Counted from the first letter of the stretch, positions 15,500 through 27,586 are shown. The stretch: 64,000 nt of DNA from Camelus dromedarius (GCF_036321535.1 NC_087437.1:58654001-58718000), one strand, 5' to 3'. Program-made: numbers and translations. The notes: generated by a model not told the origin, from the letters alone.

Positions 15500-15670
15500 A
15501 ATTTATACAGAGTTTTGCACTTTACAGAGTTTGTTATGTTTGCCTTGTAAAGGCTTATGAGGCTTGTAAGTTATTATCCCCATTGTTCAGATGGGGAAAT
15601 TGATGTTCATTGAGGAGAATGATTTAGCCAGTTACATAAATATTTATGGCAAAGCTGGGGCTAAGAACTT
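15500..15670 (-). mobile_element. MIR SINE relic
   Basis: ttattatccccattgttcagatggggaaattgatgttca..ggcaaagctgggg. Confidence 0.6.
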
Positions 15671-16722
15671 GTGTTAGAGATAGTATCTTTTTAGATTTAT
15701 GTGGGATTCTGTTCATCTTTAGTCTTTGAGTTTGTGCTTGTGGGCAGCCATAGATAACAAAATTCATATAATTTGGCTTCCTTTTTTATATTATTTCCAA
15801 TCTGTTAGTTTTAGGGCCTACTCTCTTAGCTGAATTAATTAATTTAGAATCTGCATCAATAAATTTGTCTCTTGAAGACATGTAATGGTTTCATTCTTCA
15901 AAAAAGATAACATAGGCTTATAAATATATGCATTCTTATTGCTATTTCAATTTTATGATTATTCCTTTTCTATAAAAAAAGAAATTGTGACTTATAATTT
16001 AAAGGGGTTTTTCTAAATTAGTGAATACATGAAATTAATTCTGAAGTTATTTTATTTCTTTGAGCCTTATTCTAACTTATGGAACCAATATCAGTATTGA
16101 TACCTCTTTATCAGTATCAACAGGGTTGATATTGTGAGAAATTGTGGGTTGTTGTGAGAAATAACTGAAAATCTATGAAATCAGCTTTAACAAAACACAA
16201 ATGCATATTAGTTCTGTGGGTGATAAGTTTAATAATACTTTGTCCTAATACATCATCATATTTGAGCTGTAATTGTATTTCATTTTTGTTTTTCATCACA
16301 CTTAATTCATAACTTTATTAAAGCCTACAATTTTTAATTCCATAATTTTCCCATAAACTTTTAGTTTGTTCATAAATCAGAATTACATCTTCAGTTCTTG
16401 TATTATTTTCTTTTACTTTTGAAATTACATTAATGAGCTGACTGTTTAAGAATCATTCTCATGATTCATTCGTCTGTTACGCCTCCTTTTGAGAACTTCA
16501 GCACTGAAGGTCTTTTGACAAACCAATATTTATAACAGTTTGACAGTAGGATGAGGAACAGCGTTTGTCTTTGTAACAGCTTGAAGAAAGACCCTTTCCA
16601 GGACCCAGTCATGCAGTTACAATCTTGACCTCTTTCTTATGCTGGGAACATACATACAGCAGCACCTCCCATGTGTTTTCTTGTCCCATTGACTGTCCAT
16701 TCACTTCCCATCTGTTTTGCAG

Positions 16723-16781
16723 TCTTAAAGGAACAGAATGGGCCCTCTTCTTATAAATCTGTCTTTGCAGGTGATAAATGA
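16723..16781 (+). CDS. Candidate alternative OPA1 exon: a 48-nt in-frame cassette (16723-16770) or an alternative terminal exon ILKEQNGPSSYKSVFAGDK*
   Basis: TTGAC branch (16689-16693), AG-free pyrimidine tract and ttttgcAG acceptor (16721-16722). Open in phase 1. CAG|GTgata at 16770/16771, TGA at 16779-16781, AATAAA at 16860-16865. Confidence 0.4.
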
Positions 16782-17787
16782 TGTCCTGTCTCTTTAAGAG
16801 CTGCTTGGGTGGTTTTCCTTTTCTTAAAATGTTTCAGCTTCCCTCCTAACAAAATTCAGAATAAAATATGTTTTTAAGAATAAGAGGAAAATAGAAAAGA
16901 AAAAATGATGTGTTATTTTAAAGCCTTCTCAGTTGTTTGGGACTGAATATTTTACTGGTGATAAGGTTAATACTTTTTTAGCTTTCCCAATTAATGACCT
17001 ATATCATAGCTTTTAAATTTTATTGATATTTAGGTTTTTCTGTGGGGGAAAAATGTATTCATTTTGAAATTGTGTTTTTTTTTTTTTTTAGAAAAATCAG
17101 CCTATCATTAATGAGTTAGCATATAAAATAACTTCTAAGTAGTTTTTTCATTGTAATTTGAGTTGATAGATGTAATGAATGTGGAACATTTTATGTATTG
17201 GATGTAGAATAAAATAATTCACAGAGGTAATTATAATCTTACAGTGGAATCTAACTTTAAAGAAGATGATCATGAATTCCATAAAAAATATGATTTTTTC
17301 TATTGCTGAAAATATAGAGTTTAAGTATAGATATTTATATCACTGAGTTTTCCAAGAATTGAGCCCAAATACAGATAATTTTTTCCCTCCCATGCAGAGA
17401 TTATTCATAGAAGGTTAAATGTGATAAATGTTGTCTCCCCTAAAGTGTTCTTAAATTAGTGATTTAAAAAACATTACCAGTATAGAAAGACCATTTTAGA
17501 ATATTATAGTGTATTGTATTAATCAGCTACCTAGTGGTATATCTTCTACAAACTAGGTTGTTTGTTTATAAATTCCCTGCCTTATCACAAAAACAATTTG
17601 AGGCAGTTTATACAAAGATCTACCCTGTTCAAAAGGTAAAATACTTAGGTGGAAAAGCTGGATGGAAGGGAAAAGAAAAAGTCCAGGCAAGTGAAACAGC
17701 ATGAAACTTGGGATAAAATTGGTACTTAAGGGTTCCGTGTACTTTACTCTAAGTAAGCTGCAGGTTTAGCCCTGAACTTCCTGATAG

Positions 17788-18483
17788 TGTTACCAAACCG
17801 AACTCTGGTCCACTTGCCCTGTGTACAGCAAAGTCAATCAACTGGTAGAGGTTTGTGGTGAAGGAAGGTACAGCATTTATTGCAGGACCCTAAGCAAGGA
17901 GAACAGGTAGCTCATGCTCAAAAGACCTGAACTCCCAGATGACTTTCAGGGAAGGGTTTTTAAAGGCAGCCATTAGGGTTGAGGGTCAGGGTGCCTGATC
18001 AGCTGGTGGACATTCTTCTGATTGGTTGGTGGTGAGGTAACAGGATAATGTTTCAGGAATTTCAGTCATCAGCCTTCTGGTTCCAGCCCTTCTGGGGTCT
18101 ACGGGCTTGTGTTGAGTCAATGGTCACCATCCTCCACCAGGTGGGGGTCTTAATTTCTGCAGAACAACCCAAAGAAATGCATCAGATTGTTATCTGCATC
18201 CCTTCAGGGGGAACTAGGAGTCATGTGACTCTGTTGTTCTAATCACTGACTCCTTGACCCTACTCTTTGGGACTCAGGAAAGGTCAAACAAGAAGTGGGG
18301 AACACAAGGGCCTTGTACCTGGGAGGGCCCCACAGGGCCCTGCTCAGTTTCATTTCCCCCTTTTCTTTGATATTCCTCAATCCTGAGGGGAACAGGGATG
18401 GGTCAAGAAAGGGGATACAGTTTTAGATAGAGGTTAATCATAAACTATGCAGGGGAACTTGGTTTTAGGGGGACTCAGTTTCA
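17788..18483 (-). mobile_element. Solo LTR, about 700 bp, ERV1 class (MER41-like), antisense to OPA1
   Basis: TG...CA termini (tgttacc at 17788, tcagtttca ending 18483). On the minus strand CCAAT (18025-18021), TTTAAAAA (17964-17957) and AATAAA (17881-17876) occur in U3-R order. Family assignment is from memory, and the TSD is not clear. Confidence 0.75.
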
Positions 18484-21400
18484 CAGGGAGTTGGATTCAG
18501 CAGCTGATGCAGAATGGAAAACAAAGTTGATTGCATGATTATAGTGGCTACATGTTGTCAGACAACAGCACAGCAGTGGCTTAGTTGAAATATAGTTGTT
18601 CCCAGTACACACACCTGAGAGAAATGTCATGCGTCCTCACAAACACTGAGTCTATGATATAGTAAATCAAATGACTACACATAATCATGAATTTCATGGG
18701 GCTCTTACTGTGATGCTCCTCAGTGTAGGCCAATAACATAAGCAATTCTGGCAAAGTCAAAATGATGCAGTCCAAATGCATGGCTGTTTGGTTTGGCTTA
18801 TCTAAAGACAAATTATATGATACCTAAAGAAATAGATGAATTACATAGCCCCTATACTGTTGTCCATAAGTGTGATTTCTTCTTGCAGCTGAGTCTTTTA
18901 GAAGTATCAAGCAGCAGAAAGTTCACAGTTTCACACTGATTAACATTGACAAGCACCTGGAATGGTGCTATTCTTTATTGACAAGCACATAAAAATTAAT
19001 AACTGAGCTGAAATGAGGGTTGCCATCCATTTATGAAAGTTTAAGGGCCTAACCGATATAAATGCTTAAGTATTAGGCTGCTACTCTGATCATCCACACT
19101 GAAGTCTTTTAGAGAATAGGCTTCAAAATACCAAGAAAGTATTTTTTTAAAGATGTTTTGACTGTATTAGCCAAAGGGAGCCCAATAGAAATGCTTACAT
19201 TTAAAGGAGTTAAAAAAAAATAAAAGCTAAATGTATCCACAAGTCACTTTGAGCTGTTTACACATTCAACAGATATAAATTATAACTTACTTCACAGACC
19301 CTCGTGTAGAAGCTTTCTTTCTGAATCACATTGTTTTAGGGTCTGTAATAGCAAATTTTTAAATGCTCATCTTGAATGTTTGGGTTGGGTATTGGTTAAG
19401 TTAGATCACTCAACGATAAATGAATGAACAAAGAATGAATATTCATGGACATCGATTATATAGCAAGTTCTGTGCTGGCCTGAGTGACTTTAAATGACAG
19501 ACTTTTTGGTAAGTAGGTAATTCATACAAGCAGTCCCGCATTGATTCCTGGAAGAAACATTGTAAAACTGATCTTTCTAAAATGAATTATGTAACCCTGT
19601 GAGAATAATTTTATCATTTGTGGTTGCATTTTTAACAAGGAGCTTAACATCACATAAAAGGATACTAAGGAACAAGCAAAAGACCGTTAACAAGTTTTTA
19701 AAGATGCAGTTAAAACATGATCAGTTAGAATAGAACATTTCAGTCCTAAGTTTTAAAGTAATATGGGCTTTGAATTTTGGGGAACAGATTTCCTCGTTTT
19801 ATAAATAAACTAGGACTGTGACTTGTCTACAGTCATAAGGCAAAGCTGGGACTAGACACTTAGTTCTCCAGATCATGTTACCATATAGCTGTTAATATGT
19901 TCTCATCTTTATAAAAATCATACCCAATTGATTATTAGGGGCATTAGACCAGGGATTCCTAACAATTTTTTTCATCAAGCACTCCTTTAATATTGTATAC
20001 TCCTGTGAAGCCCATGTTTTATAAGATCTGGCTACAATATACTTACATTTTTAATTTGAAACATGGAATTACAATTATATCTTCTAATCAGCCTAAATAA
20101 ACGTTAACAAGAATAGATATAGTTCTAGCCCAAACAAAAATTTCCATTTGAAATTTTGAAACAATTGGAAATAACCCAGAGAACTCTTATTACCACCTTT
20201 ACACAGACCCATAGAAGTCTGGGACCCCACACAGCTTTGAAATTACTGTCTTAGTCTCAAACAGCTTTTCAGGACATAGGAGATGATGCCTCCTTCTTCT
20301 GTAACAAGCAGAAGTATACTGTTGGTCTTCATTAATAAGTCTGGTTAGAAGTAATCATACCTATTTGTAGGAAAAAAGCTACAGGACAAGGTTCAGAAGC
20401 TAAGTGTTAGATTTAGCTATGTATCTTTGACTCTAATCTCTTTGGTTCTTCCTTTCAACTGTAAAAGGTATACATTTTTTCTTGTGCTCAATCTAAGATC
20501 TTGACTATAGTTTTGAGACTCTGAACCTAGTCTCTTGTTCACCCTTTTTTGTTTGTTTTCTTCTTTCCCTAAGACGATTCCTTTAAATACTGAATTTCTA
20601 AAGAGCAGAGTATAATTGTCTAAAGAAAAGCAGGCCTGTTAGAAACAATATGTGTGATGTAAGAAGTGTTCCTTTAATGTTCAGTCCTTTAGTGAACAGC
20701 TTTGTATAGCAAAATCTCACCTGCAAGGTGTCCTCAAGCTTTGTATAAAATGTGTGCTCAGCATGTTATAAAACAGTTCTGTTGAGGTGCATTTGGGTCT
20801 TTGGATTTGTGGTTTGTTTAAAGCACACTGCCATTAGCAAGTTTGCAGCTCGTTTTCTTTATGCTTTCTTGAAAAACATCAAAAGTTTTAAAAGGTTGAT
20901 TTCAGTGCATGTGGTAGTGTTTTGTGTGTGATTCTTTATTCCTGTTCTAAACTGTTATTAACCACTGAAGTGAACCTTCTCCCGGCTTTGGCCTTTTGGT
21001 ACTCACAGTGTATTCAGAACCTAATTACAGATTAGTCTATATTTGAGACTTTTAGAGCAAGTATCAGAAGACTCAAAAAGAAAATGAGAGTAGCAGTATC
21101 ATTTCGTGTGGAGATAAAGAGACACAGAACATGAATGGGTGTCAAGTCATCTGAAGAAAAGAAAAAAGAGAAGGAACTCCATTCAGACTGACGGTTTATG
21201 AGTCGGGGATTATGGGAATATTCATGACTCAATCAAGAAACACAATGAATTGATGTTTGAAATTGTTCATCTTTTAAGTAAACATTGGGTGAATGGAAAG
21301 TAGACTCAGTATTCACTACATGTAGAGCTGGCTATTTCGGTGTAACAGAAATAGCAGTTTGTTAATCCCTTCCTGAGCTGGTTTAGTTTATCAGGTAATT

Positions 21401-22072
21401 CACAAATTTATGAGTTCTCTAGCTATAAATATTTAATACAGAATTTTAATAGAAAAAAGAGTTTGCTTTATAATTAGCATGCTAATCTGTACACATTCTG
21501 TGGGGAAGTAATTTCTAATGGTGAACAAATTAAATACAGTTAGATTTGAGGATTTGAAAACACTGTAATACTGAGACATTAATTTGGAAGGATCAGAAAG
21601 TAGAAAGTTTTAGTTGCTAACATTCCAACTTGATTTTTATGCATAATTCAGTTTTATGTGCAGCCAGATGGCATAGTTAATACACAAGACAGTGCTGGAA
21701 ACTTACATCAGAACTTAAAATGAGTGAAATCAAATATGGAAAATTATGCTGCTTAATATTTGTAATATAACTTCCTTGTAAAGCATGGAATCAGTTTACT
21801 CTCCAAAGCTGTGTGCTTGTGTAGTCAGCATGTTTTACCCTTCTTAAATAAGGTGCAAAAATTAAGTCAAAGTTGTTTCCCCTACCCTCACCCCCGCCCT
21901 CACCGCGTACTGTGTTGTGAGACCTGCGTATTCTCTGTCCCATGTTGCTTACGTGGTTCAGGTGACCCGCCGGCTTCCCTTAGTCTTTGTTGTCAGCGTG
22001 TACCCTGCCTCCTGTTCCCAGCCTGCCCTAGCTCTTGGGGTCCTGGCGTAACATCCAGAAAGCCTGTCACGT

Positions 22073-22100
22073 GTTTGTTTGTTTGTTTGTTTGTTTGTTT
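22073..22100. repeat. (GTTT)n microsatellite, 7 units
   Basis: Directly visible. Confidence 0.95.
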
Positions 22101-24546
22101 TCCTTCTTGATAACCTATAGCCCTTCTCGTCTGTGCCATGTTTTTGGGAACTTCATTTATCAGGTATTTATTGAGCGTGCATAGTGAGTCAGGTGTTGTA
22201 GACGCTGAAGACGCTGAGCCTTTTGGGTCCAGTTGCATGCTCTTACATGATTCTCTTAAGATTTTCTCCAAATGTAGAGAGATCTGGTCTCCTCAAACAG
22301 TAATAATGTTCCTCTGAGTATGGTAGCATATTACACATTTTTTAGACATTCCTGGAAACATAACTACTTAGGAGGTGTTCAATAACAATTTCATTCCCTA
22401 ATTTTTATCAGAATGTCTTATTTCACATAAAAGGTGAAACATATAACAAGCACACTTGAAATAATAAACACTTTTTTGGCTACATGTAGAATCTGTACAG
22501 TAACAGGTCTAATATGTGTTTCTAAATTGGAGGAATGTGGACAAGGCTGACTCTCCAGGCTTAATGCCCTCATCTTTGGCAGTGATACCTGCAGGGTTGT
22601 GTGAGAACCAAATAAAATGTGGGATCTGTAATCACCCAAAACGTAGTAGCCACTTACAGACTTACAATAAGTAGACAGTAAGCAAGGAATTATTCTCAAA
22701 GGTGAGGTATCACGTGTGTCCCCATGTTACTCCATTAAGCCCATGGTGTAAGTGAGGGAACCAGTGAAGAAATTAGTTTTTAAATTTAGTATTAAAAGGA
22801 TACATTTATCACAATTACTCTGATCATAAAATACTGTGTAAAAATAGCTTTTTAAAGGGAAAGGCAATTTTTTGTTTTTTATATTAAAATTCATTTTTTA
22901 AGCTTTCATCTATATGAAAACCATTGTTTGTCTCAAATTTTAGAAGAATTTGAATTTGATTCAGATTCAAACACCTGCATCAGAGTGGCCCTTGGTCTCT
23001 TTCAATACAAGTAGATCTTGCTCTGAACAGTCTGTTGTGAGTGACGCTACTGTCCCACCCACTCACAGACAGTCTGTCCAGCTGAGCATGGAGGTCACTG
23101 ACAGGGCAAAAAGCTGGATAGATCTGGTCCTGCCTGATTTTACTCAGATCGTGGAGCAGATAGAACGGGATTTCCTTTCTTCATACAGTACCATTTTCCC
23201 AAGTAGAAATAGTTCTCAGTGTAGAGTTTAGAGAGCTGCTAAGGCTCTAAACACTTGTTTTTGATTTTCATGTCTTGTGCTGTTTAAGCTAGATGATTTT
23301 TTAAAAACCCCATTCATTTCTAAAATTCTACGAGAAACAATTATAAAAATTCTTTTTCTCTTAATCCTGCCCCCTTTAAAAACTCTTCAACTGATGAGCT
23401 GTAATATCTAGAACTCTCTAAATATTTAGTAAAGAAAATAAGTGAAGCTATTTCTAAGCAACTAGATGGATTAATTTTAAATATAATAATTTGGCTTTCC
23501 TTTGAGAAAAGAAGTATGTTTACTGGTTTGACTGCTGGTAAAAAAAAAAAAAAAAGAAAATACGGACTACCAAAAAGTGCAGACTGAATTTCCAAGACAT
23601 GGATTGGAATTATTTTTTCTAGTTTCTCTAGCTTAAATTTTTATATAGAAGGAGTTAATGCTGACTTTGTGATAACTGTTATCAGATTTTCTCAGTAAAT
23701 AGTTTGATTAAAACAATAGGGGTCCCCTCCTCCCCTGCTTTTTTCGGTGTGTGTTAGTCTCAGACTAATACCAAGAGTTAGAAGTGCTAAATTACTGGGA
23801 AAAGAAGATGATGCCATTATGGTCTTTATATGCAACCATCGTAGGCTTTGTTAAGTTCCTGCATGCTAATAAGAATTTATAAAAAGGACAGTTTCCCTTT
23901 TTATTGGCTACTTACCACAAATGCTGGCTCACTCGTAAAAAGGGATACTTATATCTTCAATTGAAGGTTATTTATTTTTGACTGTAAAAGATATAAATGT
24001 TGAATATTAATGCATCTTATATGGTTTTTCTCTAGAGTGCTTTACAGTTTTGCCTCTAGATCACCAGGTTTGAACTAGTCACTTCACTTTAATTGATAAT
24101 TTTCACTAACATGTTAAATTATGTTAACAGGACAAAAATATTAGTTACTGTGCTTAATATAACCTGTGTTTTAAAATGAGAGTTGCATGATTAAGTTAGC
24201 AATGAAGTAAATAAATTGTGGCTTTTTCTGTTTTTAGCACTAGGAGATTGACAAGTCTTGTGATTAGTTTGCATTTTGAAGAAAATTTTTGTATTTCAGA
24301 GAGAAATTGAACATCTATAAATATGAAAACCCAAAATCAAATAAAATAATGTAAATTTGTCTTCATTGGCTCTGGTGTTTTTAAACTTTCCTTTCTTCAT
24401 TCACAGCTAGAAAAGCACATTTTTATTTTTTAAAGTGTTTTTGCCCTTTTCATGGTTTTATTTTTTCCATAGGTAACTTTTCTCATTACTTTATGCCTAG
24501 AAAGTCATTTCCCAATTGAAGACCAGTTATGTACTCACCTGTATTC

Positions 24547-24807
24547 TTTTTTTTTTTAATTGAAGTATAGTCAGTTTACAATCTTGTGTCAGTTTCTAGT
24601 GTACAGCATAATATTTCAGTCTTACATATACTCTTTTTCATTATAAGTTACTACAAGATATTGAATATAGTTCCCTGTGCTGTACAGAAGAAACTTATTT
24701 ATTTATTTTATATATTGTATGTAGTATCTGCAAATCTCGAGCTCCCAATTTATCCTTTCCCATACCCTCCCCCCCGACCCAGTAACCATAAGTCTGTTTT
24801 CTATATC
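24547..24807 (-). mobile_element. Short 5'-truncated L1 3' end (lineage-specific)
   Basis: Poly-T followed by aattgaagtatagtcagtttacaat..atattgaatatagttccctgtgctgtacag..gtaaccataagtctgttttctat. Confidence 0.85.
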
Positions 24808-24896
24808 TTTTGGGGTTTTTTAATTTTTAATTATTTTTTATGTATTCTCTTCTAATTTTAAAAAGTGGTTTTATTATTTTATATTTTTCTCTGCTC

Positions 24897-25096
24897 CAGA
24901 TATTGCTAACCATGAGTCCTTGGTTAGCTCGAGAATCTGAGAACTCTTTAAAATTCTATACATAATTTTATATATATATATATATATCTACTTGATTTTT
25001 CTGTGTAAGGATCCATAACTTTTATTAGATTCTCAAGGGGATCTGTCATAAACCTCCATCCTCCTCCCCTTTCCAAAAAATTGTGAAGAGATACTG
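24897..25096. mobile_element. hAT-Charlie MITE (MER103-like) with an internal (TA)n
   Basis: ggatccataactttattagattctcaaggggatctgt..aaaaaattgtgaagagatactg resembles the MER103 end. Confidence 0.5.
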
Positions 25097-25265
25097 CTAC
25101 AATCCATTTGAACTTGATTTGGGTATAAGATGGTGTGTGGCGCTGAGGTAATTTCCCCCCTTTTCCAAAGTAAAGTATCCCAGACCCTTCATCTCCTGTG
25201 ATTAGTGATGCCTTTGAAAATAAATTAGTTTTTAACTAATTTATTATCTCTTTTTATCTCCACAG

Positions 25266-25330
25266 AGAAAGTTAGGGAAATTCAAGAAAAACTTGATGCT
25301 TTTATTGAAGCTCTCCATCAGGAGAAATAA
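25266..25330 (+). CDS. OPA1: OPA1 last coding exon (human exon 28 equivalent), (K)KVREIQEKLDAFIEALHQEK* C-terminal GED/BSE helix
   Basis: ACTAAT branch, polypyrimidine tract and cacAG acceptor (25264-25265). TAA stop at 25328-25330. The exon most likely continues to 25340, ending at the TAA|GTgagt donor. Confidence 0.97.
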
Positions 25331-27586
25331 ATTGTAATAAGTGAGTAAAAGTCCTATTACTACATTGGTACTGGCTAAACACAAAATTTATATTTTAAAC
25401 TTACTTTAATAGTTTATCATCCTACTTAACCATATCCTACTTGCTCCTTAATAATAATTTTAATGTAAGTAAATAGTTTAAAAAGAAGAAATCTCTGACA
25501 CTAGATTCTAAGTTTCATATGTATACTGTCCCTTTGAATAACTTGATTGCCTTGTGGCTAAACTAAAAGTATCTTCTAGAACTCGTGTTGAACAGAACAA
25601 AGGTGAACAAAGCTAAGATATTTCATAATATGCAGGTGGCTCATAGATTTTCTGTGTGTGAAGAATTGAATTGTAACTTTCATTATTTTAGTCCTCATTA
25701 TTTGTATTCAGTGGATAATAATGTGTATGTTAACTTGCAAAGCTTTATATTTGGCTTGACTAAAATTTTTAATAATTGCTCTTAATCTTATTCTCTTATG
25801 TTTAAAAACATTCAAATAAACCATTTTTCTGTTTAAAGTAACTTAGATAGCTGTAGGTTTTAGGACTCTTCAGAATGTATGGGCTCTTGTCTAATTCTGT
25901 AGTCTGGCATTATAAGCTGTTCCCAGTAAAATAACTGCATATTTAAAGACTTCCCTTAGTAGCATAGTTAATTGTTAATTACTCCTGAAGAATTATAATT
26001 AGTAAGTCTTTTGCTTTTATTGAAGAAATTGAGAAAGGGAAAATGCTATAATTAAGACCTTGTCATTTATTTAAAATATTTAATTAATTACTTTATCTGT
26101 GAGCCTTACCCTGTAGGCAGCCTGCAACACAGAACTGAAAAGAATAGAAACGTGACAGATTCTCTCCCTTGCTGCATTCAGTTCAGAAGTCCTTAAACCA
26201 GACGACGTCCTTTCCTCTACTGTAGGGGCAGTATGTTGGAGAAAGTAAGCCAGAAAGGGAAGCACAGCTCAGACCAGCATCATTCAGAACCGTACACCAG
26301 CAGTGAATGAGAGGAATGAGCCAGAAAGCTTTATTTAGAGTGATGCTTTGTTACTTTGTTTTGTCTCTTTCATAAGTTAAGACAGATGTAGAGATATATA
26401 CAAAAATATGTCTAGAAACTGAATATCAATCATCTTTACCACAGGCCAAAAATAATGCAGTGTTTTTAAATGTCTGCATTTGTAAATGTTTTATACAACT
26501 CCAGTGATGAAAATTTTCTTTTAAAACCATGAAGTTATGGTATCTTCCTCATCATCATATTTATTATCAGTAGTTAATGTTAGAAACATTTTGAGAGTCT
26601 TCTTGATTTGGAGATTCTCTTCTTCAGCACCAGAGTTTACTTGATATTTTTGTTTACAAATGTGGTTTTTTGGCAGGGAAATTCACAGAAATTCTATTAA
26701 AAATATAAAATACGTTTCTGTCTTTTCATGAAATAAGGAAGCCCAAAGCCAACCAGTGCTTTACAAAATAATGTTGTTTCCCTAAGCTGGTCAGTGTGAC
26801 ATTGGGAGTTACCGTTGCTGCCAGGAACATACCTTTTCCTGCCAGAGTGTCTGTCCCAACTGCAGGCGGGGCAGTCCTCAGAGCCAGGTTGTGTATAGGA
26901 AGACAGTCCCCACTTCCTTGATTTCTTGTCTGTATCTGCTCTTCCCAGCCCTCAGGACTTACAGCTCTGAACTGCTACATATATCTATGAACTGGACAGG
27001 TGATCTATGCTGTACCTTGCAAATCCATTGAAAAGAATCATTCTGGCCAAATGGTCACCTTGCTTCCTTCTGACCACTTAAAAAAAGTTACCAAATATCT
27101 TTAAGGAATAGTTTCTCGATGACAGTTTTAAGATGCATGGAGTTCCTCAACCTGACAGTTTTGAGTAACTATCTGATATTTCTGATACTTGCTGAAGATG
27201 CTTATACCCAACATAGCCATATGTAAAATCTTTCTATCAACCAATTTTAATGTTTTTAACTTTGTATAAGAAATGAATTCTAGTATTTTTTGATTCATAC
27301 ACATGTTTGATAAAGTTATGTTATATTGTTATGGTGGCTATTTTGAATTTAATAAAGCTAGCAAACTTAGACAGTTAAGCTTCAATGTTTTTATGATCAT
27401 GCAATAGTAAAATTTACTTTGAAACTTTACACTTGTCTCCCCAGACCTAAATTTAATCAATAAAAATTCTGTTTATTTTCACAGACTCCTACTCATAATT
27501 ACCTCTGCATACATCTGAAGAAAGAAAACTCCAAAGTCTTTTGTCCTGCCTTTTTTTCATCTGCTCTTCCACCTTTCTAAACATAA

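Noticed and set aside
26500..26620. Box C (GTGATGA) of an intronic C/D snoRNA
   Set aside because: No properly spaced box D (CTGA) or terminal stem. The same holds for the box C-like motifs near 4907 and 8204.
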